From Macrostomum lignano (taxonomy: Eukaryota): 64,000 nucleotides of DNA. Shown piece by piece: positions 21,601 to 51,279 of the stretch (its first letter is position 1; every line of letters starts with the position of its first letter). The DNA lies in contig NIVC01000262.1 of assembly GCA_002269645.1 (NCBI GenBank), forward strand, positions 1 to 64,000, in the 5' to 3' direction. The translations under genes and the position numbers were made by a program. The notes beneath the pieces were generated by a model. That model was not told where the DNA came from. It was given only the letters and a program-made list of their open reading frames with translations, and searched no databases.

Positions 21601-24600
21601 TAAAGCCCCTTGGTGCTAAAGCCCCTTGGTGCTAAAGCCCCTTGGTGCTAAAGCCCCTTGGTGCTAAAGCCCCTTGGTGCTAAAGCCCCTTGGTGCTGGC
21701 CCATACTGTACGCAGGCACGAACTCATACAAGCGCTCACTTAGAGTGTACTACGGCCCTGACTGTCTAATCGTCAGGCATGTAAGCTCTCTGTGCCTTGG
21801 GGGCCGGCCCTCATGGCTGCAAACCTGGTTCTAATCGAATTAACAATTCCGTTTCAGGTATTTGCCGTGCAGAAGCGAATCACAGCGGTGTGCAGCACCT
21901 CGGCGAAGGCTTCAATCTGCGCCACCCACCTGCTCAACAGCATGCTGATGAGGCCGAGGCCGACTCGAGCCGAAGCTTCCGACGTTGCTAATGCGGTGCT
22001 TGATGGCGTCGACTGCCTGATGCTGTCGGGGGAGACAGCCATTGGCAAATACCCGGTTGAAGCGGTGCGCACCCTTACTAAGGTGTGGTCATTGTGAAGC
22101 TTTCTGTTGACAATGGATTCTGGGAATTAAAAGAAGAATTTCAAGATAAGGTGTGGGATGATAATGTTTGGACTGAGATTGTAGATTTCAGAGTGAGATT
22201 CTAGCGTTCTAAGCGAAATTATAAGAAAAGGAGTGAGATTCTAGCGTTTGGAGTGAGATTGTAGTGCTTCGAGTGAGATTATAGTGTTTCGACTGAGATT
22301 GTAGTGTTTGGAGTGAGATTGTAGTGCTTCGAGTGAGATTATAGTGTTTCGACTGAGATTGTAGTGTTTGGAGTGAGATTGTAGTGTTTGGAGTGAGATT
22401 GTAGTGTTTGGAGTGAGATTGTAGTGTTTGGAGTGAGATTGTAGTGTTTGGAGTGAGATTGTAGTATTTGGAGTGAGATTGTAGTGTTTGGAGTGAGATT
22501 GTAGTGTTTGGAGTGAGATTGTAGTGCTTCGAGTGAGATTATAGTGTTTCGACTGAGACTGTAGTGTTTGGAGTGAGATTGTAGTGTTTGGAGTGAGATT
22601 GTAGTGTTTGGAGTGAGATTGTAGTGTTTGGAGTGAGATTGTAGTGTTTGGAGTGAGATTGTAGTATTTGGAGTGAGATTGTAGTGTTTGGAGTGAGATT
22701 GTAGTGTTTGGAGTGAGATTGTAGTGTTTTGAGTGAGATTGTAGTGTTTGGAGTGAGATTGTAGTGTTTGGAGTGAGATTGTAGTGTTTGGAGTGAGATT
22801 GTAGTGTTTGGAGTGAGATTGTAGTGTTTGGAGTGAGATTGTAGTGTTTGGAGTGAGATTGTAGTGTTTGGAGTGAGATCGTAGCGTTTGGAGTGAGATT
22901 TTAGTGTTTGGAGTGAGATTTTAGTGTTTGGAGTGAGATTGTAGCGTTTGGAGTGAGATTGTAGTGTTTGGAGTGAGATTGTAGTGTTTGCAGTGAGATT
23001 TTAGTGTTTGGAGTGAGATTGTAGTGTTTTGGAGATGGAGTGAGAATCTAGGAATAGATCGTGAGGATCTGCTGGCATCAGATAGTGCTTTACGGATTGT
23101 GGAGATGCTGCAGATTTTAAGCGAGCCTATCTAATTAAAATGGACACAGTTAAGCGGGGATGTGACAGGTGTGCAGACAGTCGGGTGATGGCTTTATTGT
23201 AAAAAACAGCTTTTATCTCCAAACAAAAGAGAAAAATGCTAAGAACGAGTAAAAAAAAGCATTAAAAGCAAATTAGAAACACACATCCGGAGTTAACTCA
23301 GTCTAACAGCTTTTTTAACTGCCACAGATTTGGAACAAAGAGAAACCTGCATGCGAAATTGTACTTTTTCAAGAGAAGCATATTTTTGTTTGTCTTCCTG
23401 CGGTCGACTGCCGTACATCTTTTTTAGAGAGTTGACTTTAGCTTTGCTGTTATTATTTTGCTCACGAAGCATGAAACACGTCAGATGTATGCAGCTGCTG
23501 AAATGAATGCACAATCAAACCTTCCATGCAGTTATAAATAGAAATAGAAAACCGTAGCTACAATAAATGCAATACTTAAAACAAAACCACCTTGGGCTAT
23601 AATAAACCTACAAATTAAAACAAATTTGTTGCTTAAAAGCGAGATACTAATTATTATATAATAATTGTTAATTGATTTACCTATTAAAACATGCTTGTAA
23701 GGTTAAAATAAACATCGACTGTTAATTATAAACGCAAACGCAAGTAAATCATTGCTGGATTCCTACTGGCTAGTTAAAAATAAAAATGGCGTTAAATGGG
23801 ACGAAATATAAACCTACTAATCTAAAAAATCAAACCTGAATAAATCTACCAATGATAATAAATCCGTATACTAAAAATGGTCTTCAGAACTAAAAATCAC
23901 CTATAAAAATAAAATTATTGATACTATAAGTTCGAATTGCTAAATAAACTATTACCAATCATTATTCAGTACAAAACCATAGGTAAATATTCAAAAAAGT
24001 AAAACGAAATCGAAGTTGAATAAATCTACCATTTATAAAAAGTAGCTGAATAAACCCAATTAATAAATTAATACAGAATAGAAGTTCAAAAATTCTATCA
24101 ATAAATAACATAATATTATTAAAATTAACCTACCAATTATAAACAAATCGTTGCTGCGAATTTCCCACTATAATTCAAACAAATCGTAGCTGAATATATG
24201 AACCAATTAGAACAAAAATTTGAGCGAAATAAACCTTTTTTAAATCGAAACTAAATAATAAATCTAGCTACAAAGTGTAAAAATACCTTAGCTGAAAAAC
24301 TTAATACCAACAAAAATAATTAAAATCTTTTCTAAATTAATTAATTAAAGATCTTTGCTGAATACCAATTAATGCCAAGTCTTGACTAAATAAACCAACA
24401 ATTTAAAACAAAATCGAATTTGAATGACGCCACCCATTATAACAAAATTAAACCTAGCTATAATACCAATAAACGATGACAAAAAATCTTGCTCGCCGCC
24501 GCAGATCTGTCGAGAAGCCGAGGCCAGCCTACAGCCAGGCCAGCACCTGCAGCGGCTCCGCCGACAGCCTCTGGCGCCAGCGGCCGCCGGTCCCTTGCAC

Positions 24601-25756
24601 AGCAGCGCCATGGCGGCCTGCGAAGCCGCCGTGCGTTGCAGGGCCGCTGCCATCTTAGTGGCCACCGACGACGCCGAGCTGCCTCGCCTGACTGCAATGT
24701 TCCGGCCGCCTTGTCCAGTGCTGTGCGTGTGCCGAGACGAGGCGCTGTGTCGCGGGTTGAACATGTGGTACGGACTGCACCCGGTGCTCTATACCGGTGA
24801 GTGACGCCGGTTTATTTGAGTGACAAAATAACTGAGTGAAAATATTGACCATGAAGAGTGACCAAAAGATTGATCAGTTGCAGACCAAGTTACTAGTAGA
24901 GTAACTTGAAAAGTGATTACGTACATGTACTAGAAGATTAACCAGAAGAGTGACGAGAAGAGTGACCAGAACAGTGCCGAAAAGAGTGACGAGAAGAGTG
25001 AACAAAAGAGTAACCAGAAGAGCGACCAGAAGAGTGATATAAGAGTGACCAAAAGAGTGACCAGAAGAGTGATATAAGAGTGACCAGAACAGTGACCAGA
25101 ACAGTGACCAGAACAGTGACCAGAAGAGTGACCAGAACAGTGACGAGAAGAGTGACCAGAACAGTAGCCAGAACAGTAACCAGAAAAGTGACCAGAACAG
25201 TGACCAGAACAGTGACCACAACAGTACCCATGAACAGTAACCAGAAAAGTGACCAGAAGAGTGACCAGAACAGTACCCAGAAGAGTGACCAGAAGAGTAC
25301 CCAGAAGAGTGACCAGAAGAGTGACCAGAATAGTGACTAGCTGGCACCGCGACGCCCGCAGAGCCAGCCAAATCGGAATGGCTACTGGAGGCCCAGGATC
25401 GAATCCGGTACGCTGGACTCCGCGTGGCGGCCAACGACATCCTGGATGCAGGACCGGCCAACTCCCAACTATTCGTCATCCTAGTTGAGAAATCCTGCCC
25501 TAATTCAAGCGATCTCATGGCCATTGTCCCAGTCGAACGGCTGCTAAACTTCGGAGCGAACGGCGCCTTACCAACACAGTCGGCTGGCAAGATCCTGGGG
25601 GTGCAGCTGAGCACCAACATGGATGCTCAGGCTGCGGCTGACTCCCTGCGGAATGAGGACGATTGGGACGGCAGCCGGAGCAGTACGTTTTGCGGCAGCT
25701 CCGTGAATGAAACGGTTGAGTTGGGAGCTCAGATGCCGTCTGAGGATATGAACTGA
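17616..25756 (+). CDS. PK: Pyruvate kinase, divergent; join(17616..18629,21858..22082,24505..24796,25341..25756), 1947 nt, 648 aa (start could be a downstream Met)
   Basis: Motifs [80 protein letters not shown]. Junction phases 0,0,1 are consistent. Confidence 0.93.
18790..19078. repeat. 20-bp minisatellite CCAGGTTAAGACAGGGATGT
   Basis: Read directly from the sequence. Confidence 0.9.
19417..20320. repeat. 14-bp minisatellite AGTGACATGAGAAG
   Basis: Read directly from the sequence. Confidence 0.95.
20960..21700. repeat. 16-bp minisatellite GCCCCTTGGTGCTGGC switching to GCCCCTTGGTGCTAAA
   Basis: Read directly from the sequence. Confidence 0.95.
21858..22082 (+). CDS. PK: Pyruvate kinase exon 2
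   Basis: Acceptor GTTTCAG| at 21857; donor AAG|GTGTGG at 22083. Confidence 0.92.
22190..23052. repeat. 20-bp minisatellite GAGTGAGATTGTAGTGTTTG
   Basis: Read directly from the sequence. Confidence 0.95.
24505..24796 (+). CDS. PK: Pyruvate kinase exon 3
   Basis: Acceptor CGCCGCAG| at 24504; donor G|GTGAGT at 24797. Confidence 0.9.
24850..25340. repeat. 12-bp minisatellite GTGACCAGAAGA filling PK intron 3
   Basis: Read directly from the sequence. Confidence 0.9.
25341..25756 (+). CDS. PK: Pyruvate kinase exon 4 (C domain plus about 70-aa extension)
   Basis: Acceptor GTGACTAG| at 25340 (phase 1) gives [12 protein letters not shown]...FVILVE...MAIVPV; TGA at 25754-25756. Confidence 0.82.
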
Positions 25757-25789
25757 CTGGCTGACTGGCTGAGTGCCTGTAGAAGGGGG

Positions 25790-28400
25790 AGAATAAGAGA
25801 TGGAGAGAGCGGAGACTGAAGTGGAGAAGAGGGGAGACTGAGGTGGAGAGGAGAGACTGAGACATAGAATAGTTACTCAATGAAGAGGGTAGATACTGAG
25901 ATGGAGAGAGGGGATACTGAGATTGAGCGATAAGACACTGAGATGGAGAGGAGAGACTGAGATGGAGAGGAGAGACTGAAATGGAGAGGAGAGACTGAGA
26001 TGGAGAGAGGCGATATGAGATGGAGAGAGGAGATACTGAGATGGAGAGAGTAGATACTGAGATGTAGAGTAGATACTGAGATGGAGAGAGGAGACCGAGA
26101 TGGAGAGGAGAGACTGAGATTGAGAGGAGAGACTGAGATGGAGAGGAGAGCCTGAAATGGAAAGGAGAGACTGAGATGGAGAGAGGAGATACTAAGATAG
26201 AGAGATGAGACTGAGATGAAGAGGAGAGACTGAGATGGAGAGGAGAGACTGAGATGGAGAGGAGAGACTGAGATGGAGGGAGGCGATACTGAGATGGAGA
26301 GTAGATAATGAGATGGAGAGAGGAGATACTGAGATGGAGAGAGTAGATACTGAGATGGAGAGAGGAGATACTAAGATAGAGAGATGAGACTGAGATGAAG
26401 AGGAGAGACTGAGATGGAGAGGAGAGACTGAGATGGAGAGGAGAGACTGAGATGGAGAGGAGAGACTGAGATGGAGAGAGGAGATACTGAGATGGAGAGA
26501 GTAGATACTGAGATGTAGAGTAGATACTGAGATGGAGAGAGGCGATATGAAATGGAAAGGAGAGACTGAGATGGAGAGAGGAGATACTAAGATAGAGAGA
26601 TGAGACTGAGATGAAGAGGAGAGACTGAGATGGAGAGGAGAGACTGAGATGGAGAGGAGAGACTGAGATGGAGAGAGGCGATACTGAGATGGAGAGTAGA
26701 TAATGAGATGGAGAGAGGAGATACTGAGATGGAGAGAGTAGATACTGAGATGGAGAGAGTAGATACTGAGATGGAGAGAGGAGATACTAAGATAGAGAGA
26801 TGAGACTGAGATGAAGAGGAGAGACTGAGATGGAGAGGAGAGACTGAGATGGAGAGGAGAGACTGAGATGGAGAGAGGCGATACTGAGATGGAGAGTAGA
26901 TAATGAGATGGAGAGAGGAGATACTGAGATGGAGAGGAGAGACTGAGATGGAGAGGAGAGACTGAGATGGAGAGAGGCGATACTGAGATGGAGAGTAGAT
27001 AATGAGATGGAGAGAGGAGATACTGAGATGGAGAGAGTAGATACTGAGATGTAGAGTAGATACTGAGATGGAGAAAGGAGACCGAGATGGAGAGGAGAGA
27101 CTGAGATGGAGAGAGGCGATATGAAATGGAAAGGAGAGACTGAGATGGAGAGAGGAGATACTAAGATAGAGAGATGAGACTGAGATGAAGAGGAGAGACT
27201 GAGATGGAGAGGAGAGACTGAGATGGAGAGGAGAGACTGAGATGGAGAGAGGCGATACTGAGATGGAGAGTAGATAATGAGATGGAGAGAGGAGATACTG
27301 AGATGGAGAGAGTAGATACTGAGATGGAGAGAGTAGATACTGAGATGGAGAGAGGAGATACTAAGATAGAGAGATGAGACTGAGATGAAGAGGAGAGACT
27401 GAGATGGAGAGGAGAGACTGAGATGGAGAGGAGAGACTGAGATGGAGAGGAGAGACTGAGATGGAGAGAGGCGATACTGAGATGGAGAGTAGATAATGAG
27501 ATGGAGAGAGGAGATACTGTGATAGAGAGTATATACTGAGATGGAGAGTAGATACTGAGATGGAGAGAGGAGATACTGAGATGGAGAGAGTAGATACTGA
27601 GATGGAGAGAGGAGATACTAAGATAGAGAGATGAGACTGAGATGAAGAGGAGAGACTGAGATGGAGAGGAGAGACTGAGATGGAGAGGAGAGACTGAGAT
27701 GGAGAGGAGAGACTGAGATGGAGAGAGGCGATACTGAGATGGAGAGTAGATAATGAGATGGAGAGAGGAGATACTGTGATAGAGAGTATATACTGAGATG
27801 GAGAGTAGATACTGAGATGGAGAGAGGAGATACTGAGATGGAGAGAGTAGATACTGAGATGGAGAGAGGAGATACTGAGATTGAGAGATGAGACTGAGAT
27901 GAAGAGGAGAGACTGAGATGGAGAGGAGAGACTGGGATGGATAGGAGAGACTGAGATGGAGAGAGGAGATACTGAGATGGTGAGAGTAGATACTGAGATG
28001 GTGAGAGGAGATACTGAGATGGAGAGAGTAGATACTGAGATGGAGAGAGGAGATATTGAGATTGAGAGATGAGACTGAGACGAAGAGGAGAGACTGCGAT
28101 GGAGAGGAGAGACTGAGATGGAGAGGAGAGACTGGGATGGATAGGAGAGACTGAGATGGAGAGAGGAGATACTGAGATGGTGAGAGTAGATACTGAGATG
28201 GTGAGAGTAGATACTGAGATGGTGAGAGTAGATACTGAGATGGTGAGAGGAGATACTGAGATGGTGAGAGTAGATACTGAGATGGTGAGAGGAGATACTG
28301 AGATGGTGAGAGGAGAGACTGAGATGAAGAGAGTAGATACTGAGATGGTGAGAGGAGAGACTGAGATGGTGAGAGTAGATACTGAGATGGTGAGGGAAGG
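25790..28400. repeat. GA-rich 18-20-bp minisatellite (ACTGAGATGGAGAG core) with higher-order blocks
   Basis: Read directly from the sequence. Confidence 0.95.
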
Positions 28401-29294
28401 GCAGCCAGATGGAAAGTGAGTTGAGAAAATGAAGAGCAGCAGGTGGATTTCTGTCGCAAAAGTGGCAGGGAGGAATGAAGGATTAAAAAAGCGGACACCA
28501 AGGGCAAGTCAGGTGAGGAATTCGATCTAAAGAAGATTTATCAACCAGATTGTGTTTCAGATTTCAGTTTCGCAGTCAGCATTAGTGTGCCACTCCTGTG
28601 TTAGTTTTCTATAGAAGGCACTTTTATTGAAGCCTAATCCTACCTCTACTCTTTGTATCCCATACGCCGCAGAATTAGCGCATTGTGTCTCGATCAATCA
28701 GAATAAAACGCCCCAAAGTACCAGCTACTGTTTTTGTACTTCTAAACCTATTTTTTCTATTCGAAATACAGCAATAATCATTATTATCCTCGATGCACTA
28801 CTGGACTCCGCAGCTAAAAGTAGTTTTTGCGCGATATATTTACATATATAAATATAGTTATTTAATTCTTTGTTAGTAAACTATTCAATGGCTGCTAAGG
28901 CTGGGGAGAATGTACACTGTACAGTAGTAAGTCACGTGACTGACCGACGACTAGAATTATTGGCTTGTATGTACACCAAGTTACGTAACTTCAATTTGCG
29001 CCGGTTCTAAAATTAGAAAGCGACGGTCACACTTAGAGTAAAACAAATCGATCTTTTATAAATCAACGAAGAAATTACAAAAGTTCTTCGAAATCAACTT
29101 TTCACAGAGATTAAAATTCAGGACTTATATTATTATTTTAATCTAATAAAAACGTATTTTAATCATTACTTTATTCATCTCCAGAACGCTAAAAATAAAT
29201 ACTTTTTGGAGAAAAAACAACAAAGAAGACAAATGCCTGCTGATGAAGCCAAAATAGCTTCAAATAAATAACAAAGAACTTGCTCTTTGTTACG

Positions 29295-30560
29295 GGAAGG
29301 GACGGGAACGGGACGGGAAGGGGTGGCAGCCAGAAAGTACAGTGGGAGACGGGAAGAGGTGGCAGTCAGAGAGTACAGTGGGGGGACGGGAAGGGGTGGC
29401 AGTCAGAGAGTACAGTGGAGCGGGGAGGCGTAGGGTGGCAGTCAGAGAGTACAGTGGGGGGACGGGAAGGGGTGGCAGTCAGAGAGTACAGTGGGGGACG
29501 GGAAGGGGTGGCAGTCAGAGAGTACAGTGGGGGGCAGGGGTAGGGTGGCAGTCAGAGAGTACAGTGGGGGGTAGGGGTGGCAGCCAGAGAGTACAGTGGG
29601 GGGTAGGGTGGCAGCCAGAGAGTACAGTGGGGGGAGGGGTATGGTGGCAGTCAGAGAGTACAGTGGGGGGACGGGAAGGGGTGGCAGTCAGAGAGTACAG
29701 TGGAGGGGGAGGGGTAGGGTGGCAGTCAGAGAGTACAGTGGGGGACGGGAAGGGGTGGCAGCCAAAGAGTACAGTGGGAGACGGGAAGAGGTGGCAGTCA
29801 GAGAGTACAGTGGAAGGGGGAGGGGTAGGGTGGCAGTCAGAGAGTACAGTGGGGGGACGGGAAGGGGTGGCAGTCAGAGAGTACAGTGGAGGGGGAGGGG
29901 TAGGGTGGCAGTCAGAGAGTACAGTGGGGGGACGGGAAGGGGTGGCAGCCAGAGAGTACAGTGGGAGACGGGAAGAGGTGGCAGTCAGAGAGTACAGTGG
30001 AAGGGGGAGGGGTAGGGTGGCAGTCAGAGAGTACAGTGGGGGACGGGAAGGGGTGGCAGTCAGAGAGTACAGTGGGGGGGGGTAGGGGTGGCAGCCAGAG
30101 AAGAGAGTACAGTGGGGGGACGGGAAGGGGTGGCAGTCAGAGAGTACAGTGGGGGGACGGGAAGGGGTGGCAGTCAGAGAGTACAGTGGAGGGGGGAGGC
30201 GTAGGGTGGCAGTCAGAGAGTACAGTGGGGGGACGGGAAGGGGTGGCACTCAGAGAGTACAGTGGGGGCAGGGGTAGGGTGGCAGTCAGAGAGTACAGTG
30301 GGGTGGTAGGGGTGGCAGCCAGAGAGTACAGTGGGGGGGGGGGTAGGGTGGCAGCCAGAGAGTACAGTGGGGGGGAGGGGTAGGGTGGCAGTCAGAGAGT
30401 ACAGTGGGGGAGAGACGCAGGGGTGGCAGTCAGAGAGTACAGTGGGGGAGAGACGCAGGGGTGGCAGTCAGAGAGTACAGTGGGGGAGAGACGCAGGGGT
30501 GGCAGTCAGAGAGTACAGTGGGGGTGAGACGCAGGGGTGGCAGGGAGTCAGGGAGTACAC
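29295..30560. repeat. G-rich minisatellite of about 33-38 bp (GGGTGGCAGTCAGAGAGTACAGTGGGGG core)
   Basis: Read directly from the sequence. Confidence 0.95.
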
Positions 30561-30929
30561 ACGGAGAGATTAAACCGTGGAAATGCAAAACTTTATAGAT
30601 ATTAACTAAACCAGAAAGAAGCAAAAAACTAAAGAAAAACGAAAAAACTTTTATTTATTAGATAGAAATATATATTAAAAAATCATAACTCAAAATAATC
30701 TAGTTTAACAGAAAAAGCTATATAAAAAATCTGCTGAAAAACAAATCTAGCGGCTAATTTTTGGCAAAAACAGACAATAGCAATACAAGCTAATAACAGT
30801 TTCTTTTTCAAATTTATAATTAAGAAATAGCGACTCAAATAATGGGGCATGCATTCAACCCCCTTGGCCTTGACAGTCTTTTGTAAGGTATTAATATTGG
30901 GTGAATCCTTTTTTTCACAAATTCCTTTC

Positions 30930-32108
30930 TTCACAAATCCCATTCTTTACAAATCCCATTCTTCACAAATCCCATTCTTTAAAAATCCCATTCTTTAAAA
31001 ATCCCAAACTTCACAAACCCCATTCTTCACAAATCCCATTCTTTAAAAATCCCAAACTTCACAAATCCCATTCTTCACAAATCCCATTCTTCACAAATCC
31101 CATTCTTTAAAAATCCCAAACTTCACAAATCCCATTCTTCACAAATCCCATTCTTTAAAAATCCCAAACTTCACAAATCCCATTCTTCACAAATCCCATT
31201 CTTCACAAATCCCATTCTTCTCAAATCCCATTCTTCACACATCTCAAACTTTACACATCACAAACTTCACAAATCCCATTCTTCACAAATTCCATTCTTC
31301 ACAAATCCCAAACTTCACAAATCCTAAACTTCACAAATCCCATTCTTTAAAAATCCCAAACTTCACAAATCCCATTCGTCACAAATCCCATTCTTCACAA
31401 ATCCCATTCTTCACAAATCCCATTCTTCACAAATCCCATTCTTCACAAATCCCATTTGTCACAAATCCAATTCTTCACAAATCCCATTGACCCATTCTTC
31501 ACAAATCCAAAGCCTCACAAACCCCAAACTTCACAAACCCCAAACTACACAAATCCTAAACTTCACAAATCCAATTCTATAAAAATCCTAAACTTCACAA
31601 ATCCAATTCTTTAAAAATCCCAAACTTCACAAATCCTATTCGTCACAAATCCCATTCTTCACAAATCCAAAACTTTACAAACCCCAAACTTCACAAACCC
31701 CAAACTACACAAATCCTAAACTTCACAAACCCCAAACTTCACAAAACCCAAACTACACAAATCCTAAACTTCACAAATCCCATTCTTCTCAAATCCCATT
31801 CTTCACAAATCCCATTCTTCACAAATCCCATTTTTCACAAATCCCATTCTTCACAAATCCAATTTTTCTCAAATCCCATTCTTCTCAAATCCCATTCTTC
31901 TCAAATCCCATTCTTCTCAAATCCAACTCTTCACAACTCCCATTCTTCACAAATCCAATTCTTCACAAATCCCAAACGTCACAAATCCCAAACATCACAA
32001 ATCCCAAACGTCACAAATCCCAAACGTCACAAATCCCAAACGTCACAAATCCCAAACGTCACAAATCCCAAACGTCACAAATCCCAAACGTCACAAATCC
32101 CAAACTTC
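30930..32108. repeat. 16-bp minisatellite CTTCACAAATCCCATT
   Basis: Read directly from the sequence. Confidence 0.95.
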
Positions 32109-32229
32109 ACTATTAGTAATAAATAAAATGCCAGCCTTCAAAAAAGTATTCTCTAAGAAAGTGAACGCTGTCCCGAGTCCTTGAACTTTCCGCCAAAGAA
32201 AACAATTTTTTCTGCGAGACGTCTTTAAT

Positions 32230-49076
<16,847 letters not shown>

Positions 49077-50059
49077 TGTACAAACTGCAACTTATAGAAT
49101 AAGCTGAAAAATAATAAATATAAAATCAGATAAAGAAAAATTTTTAATGAAATAAAATAATAGGATTTTTAGTAAGCTTTTTTTCTTTAAAATATGCTAT
49201 ATAAAAAGAAGGCAATAAATATTACATGTATATATAGTTTTGTTTGTTATTTCATTTTAGTTATTGTAGTTTTTTTATTTAAAACATTTTAAAAGATCAA
49301 AGAAGTTCTAAATTATTATAAATATAATATTGTATAATTTAACTAATGGCAGAGCCAATATGTAGAAAGTCAATAAGTTTATCTGATATCCAATATAGTA
49401 AAATATACAATTTGCTTTCTAATATTTATGAAATTATATTGCTTAGCTCTAAACACTTATATGAGTGTATCTCTTTGTCTCAAAGTTCCTACAACAATAA
49501 TGACAATGCAATGCTGTACTATTAGATATGGTCTTGCCTAAATAGACATAGTGTCACAAAGCCTACCTTGGGTGTTGCGTACAAATATAGGTCACTATGC
49601 TGGCAGAATCTAAGGCACCAGCATCTGCCAACTGCACAGGAAGTGCATGAAATTAAAAGTGTGTATATCTATATGTTTTATAATATTCTGAGCTTATTGA
49701 AAATTATAACACAAAATTGATGTTGATTAAGTCTGCTTCTTTTCTGTTCCTAAGTCCTTGACTTTTAATTTATTATATTTTAGTATATTATATATCCAAT
49801 TAGATATACTACTACTGGTACATAATAAATAAAATACCAAGAATCAAAAAGTAGGCCTAATGAAAGAAGCACAGCAAATTCAAGAATGCGATAGAACAGT
49901 AGAATTATGGTAGACTTGAAAGATATTCACCATAAAATCTTAAAACGTTACATTCAATGGCATGCCTATTCAATGTATAATGGGCCAAAGAGCTTGATAG
50001 TTAATCATAGTTCTACTGTACTGCTAAGTTAAAGACTCCTCATTGCAATTGCAATTTAA

Positions 50060-50200
50060 CTTAAACGAACGATGGTGTGACGACGTCCACGTGACGGTTT
50101 CACAGAAAATAAATTATCAAACAATTACATTTTCGCGGTGAAACAGTAAAGCAAATTATTATGTTCCATGTATGTACGTCAGTTGGCCCTTACAGAAAGT
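50060..50200. promoter_or_regulatory. Candidate PDS5 (possibly bidirectional) promoter patch
   Basis: Local CpG cluster within CpG-poor DNA, E-box CACGTGAC (about 50088) and E2F-type TTTCGCGG at 50131-50138, about 1 kb upstream of the PDS5 ATG. Confidence 0.35.
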
Positions 50201-51279
50201 TGTTTTTTATTCCTCTTGTATGCTAAAAGTTTCTAAAAATGATAAGTTTTAAGACGATAAATCTTATCATTTATGATTCCTCGTAAACCTTCCTTTTCGA
50301 ATTGAAAAAAGTTGCTTATTGGTTCAAGGTCCGCGAGCAGACTGCTATTTGCTGGAGTCAGAACTCTTACTACTACTCTGGTTCTCTTACTAATACAGAA
50401 TTTTTTATTCATTAGACTATTGCAAGATCTAGTGCAGTTAGCTAACAATCTAATTTACTATCGAACTAAGTAACTTCTTTAGTTATAGGCCTAGTTATGT
50501 GCTGTTTGGTAGAGTTGGAAACGTAGGCCCTATGCATAAGTAGGAGAGCGAGAGGGCTACGACTGTAAAATGTTTTGGCCTCTCAGATACATCGTTTTTT
50601 ACTAAATAGCCCTGGTTTCCAGTTCATTAATCTGCTGACCGTTTGTCTGCTAAGTAGATGAAATGCCTTTTCTTCTAAAATAAAACTGTTCATCTGCTAG
50701 TAAAAGCAAAGCCAAGGTAATAGTGTAGGGATGTGAAGTGGGGTAGGGTGCTGCTCAACAACCTCTTACATGTAAGCCTCCTCAGTCCTCTTCACTATGG
50801 ATCTTCAATCATTTTATTTAATATTTGTTTTGTTTTAGCAATAAGCCAACAATAAGCAATAGCCAATAATAACAGCAATTGGGCCTAAATTGCAAATAAA
50901 ACAAAACTAGGCCTAACTTTTAATCCAATAAAATTTAAAGCATGCATCTGCATCATAAATAAAATAATATTTCTACCCTATTAATATAGAATGGATAGGC
51001 CTAATGTTCCCTCTTTTAGAAATTCCATTAATGCCACCAAATTGTTATAGGTATAGGGCTGATTGTTCTCTCCTAAAAATTTCACTGTTAAGCCACTAAG
51101 TTATTATAGGCATGTTTCTTATATGCTATTTAATATTTTGTCCATGAGTTTTTGCATAATGCTTCTATGATTTTTTGCATGATGCTTTCTTGATTTTTCA
51201 CACGATGCTTCTATGATTTTTGCAAAATGCTTCTATGATAATAAACATTTTTAATAAGCTACATGAGCTAAGTCTTAAG

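Noticed and set aside
27161-30573. 448-aa and 240-aa ORFs in the GA- and G-rich arrays
   Set aside because: Repeat artefacts with no domain content.
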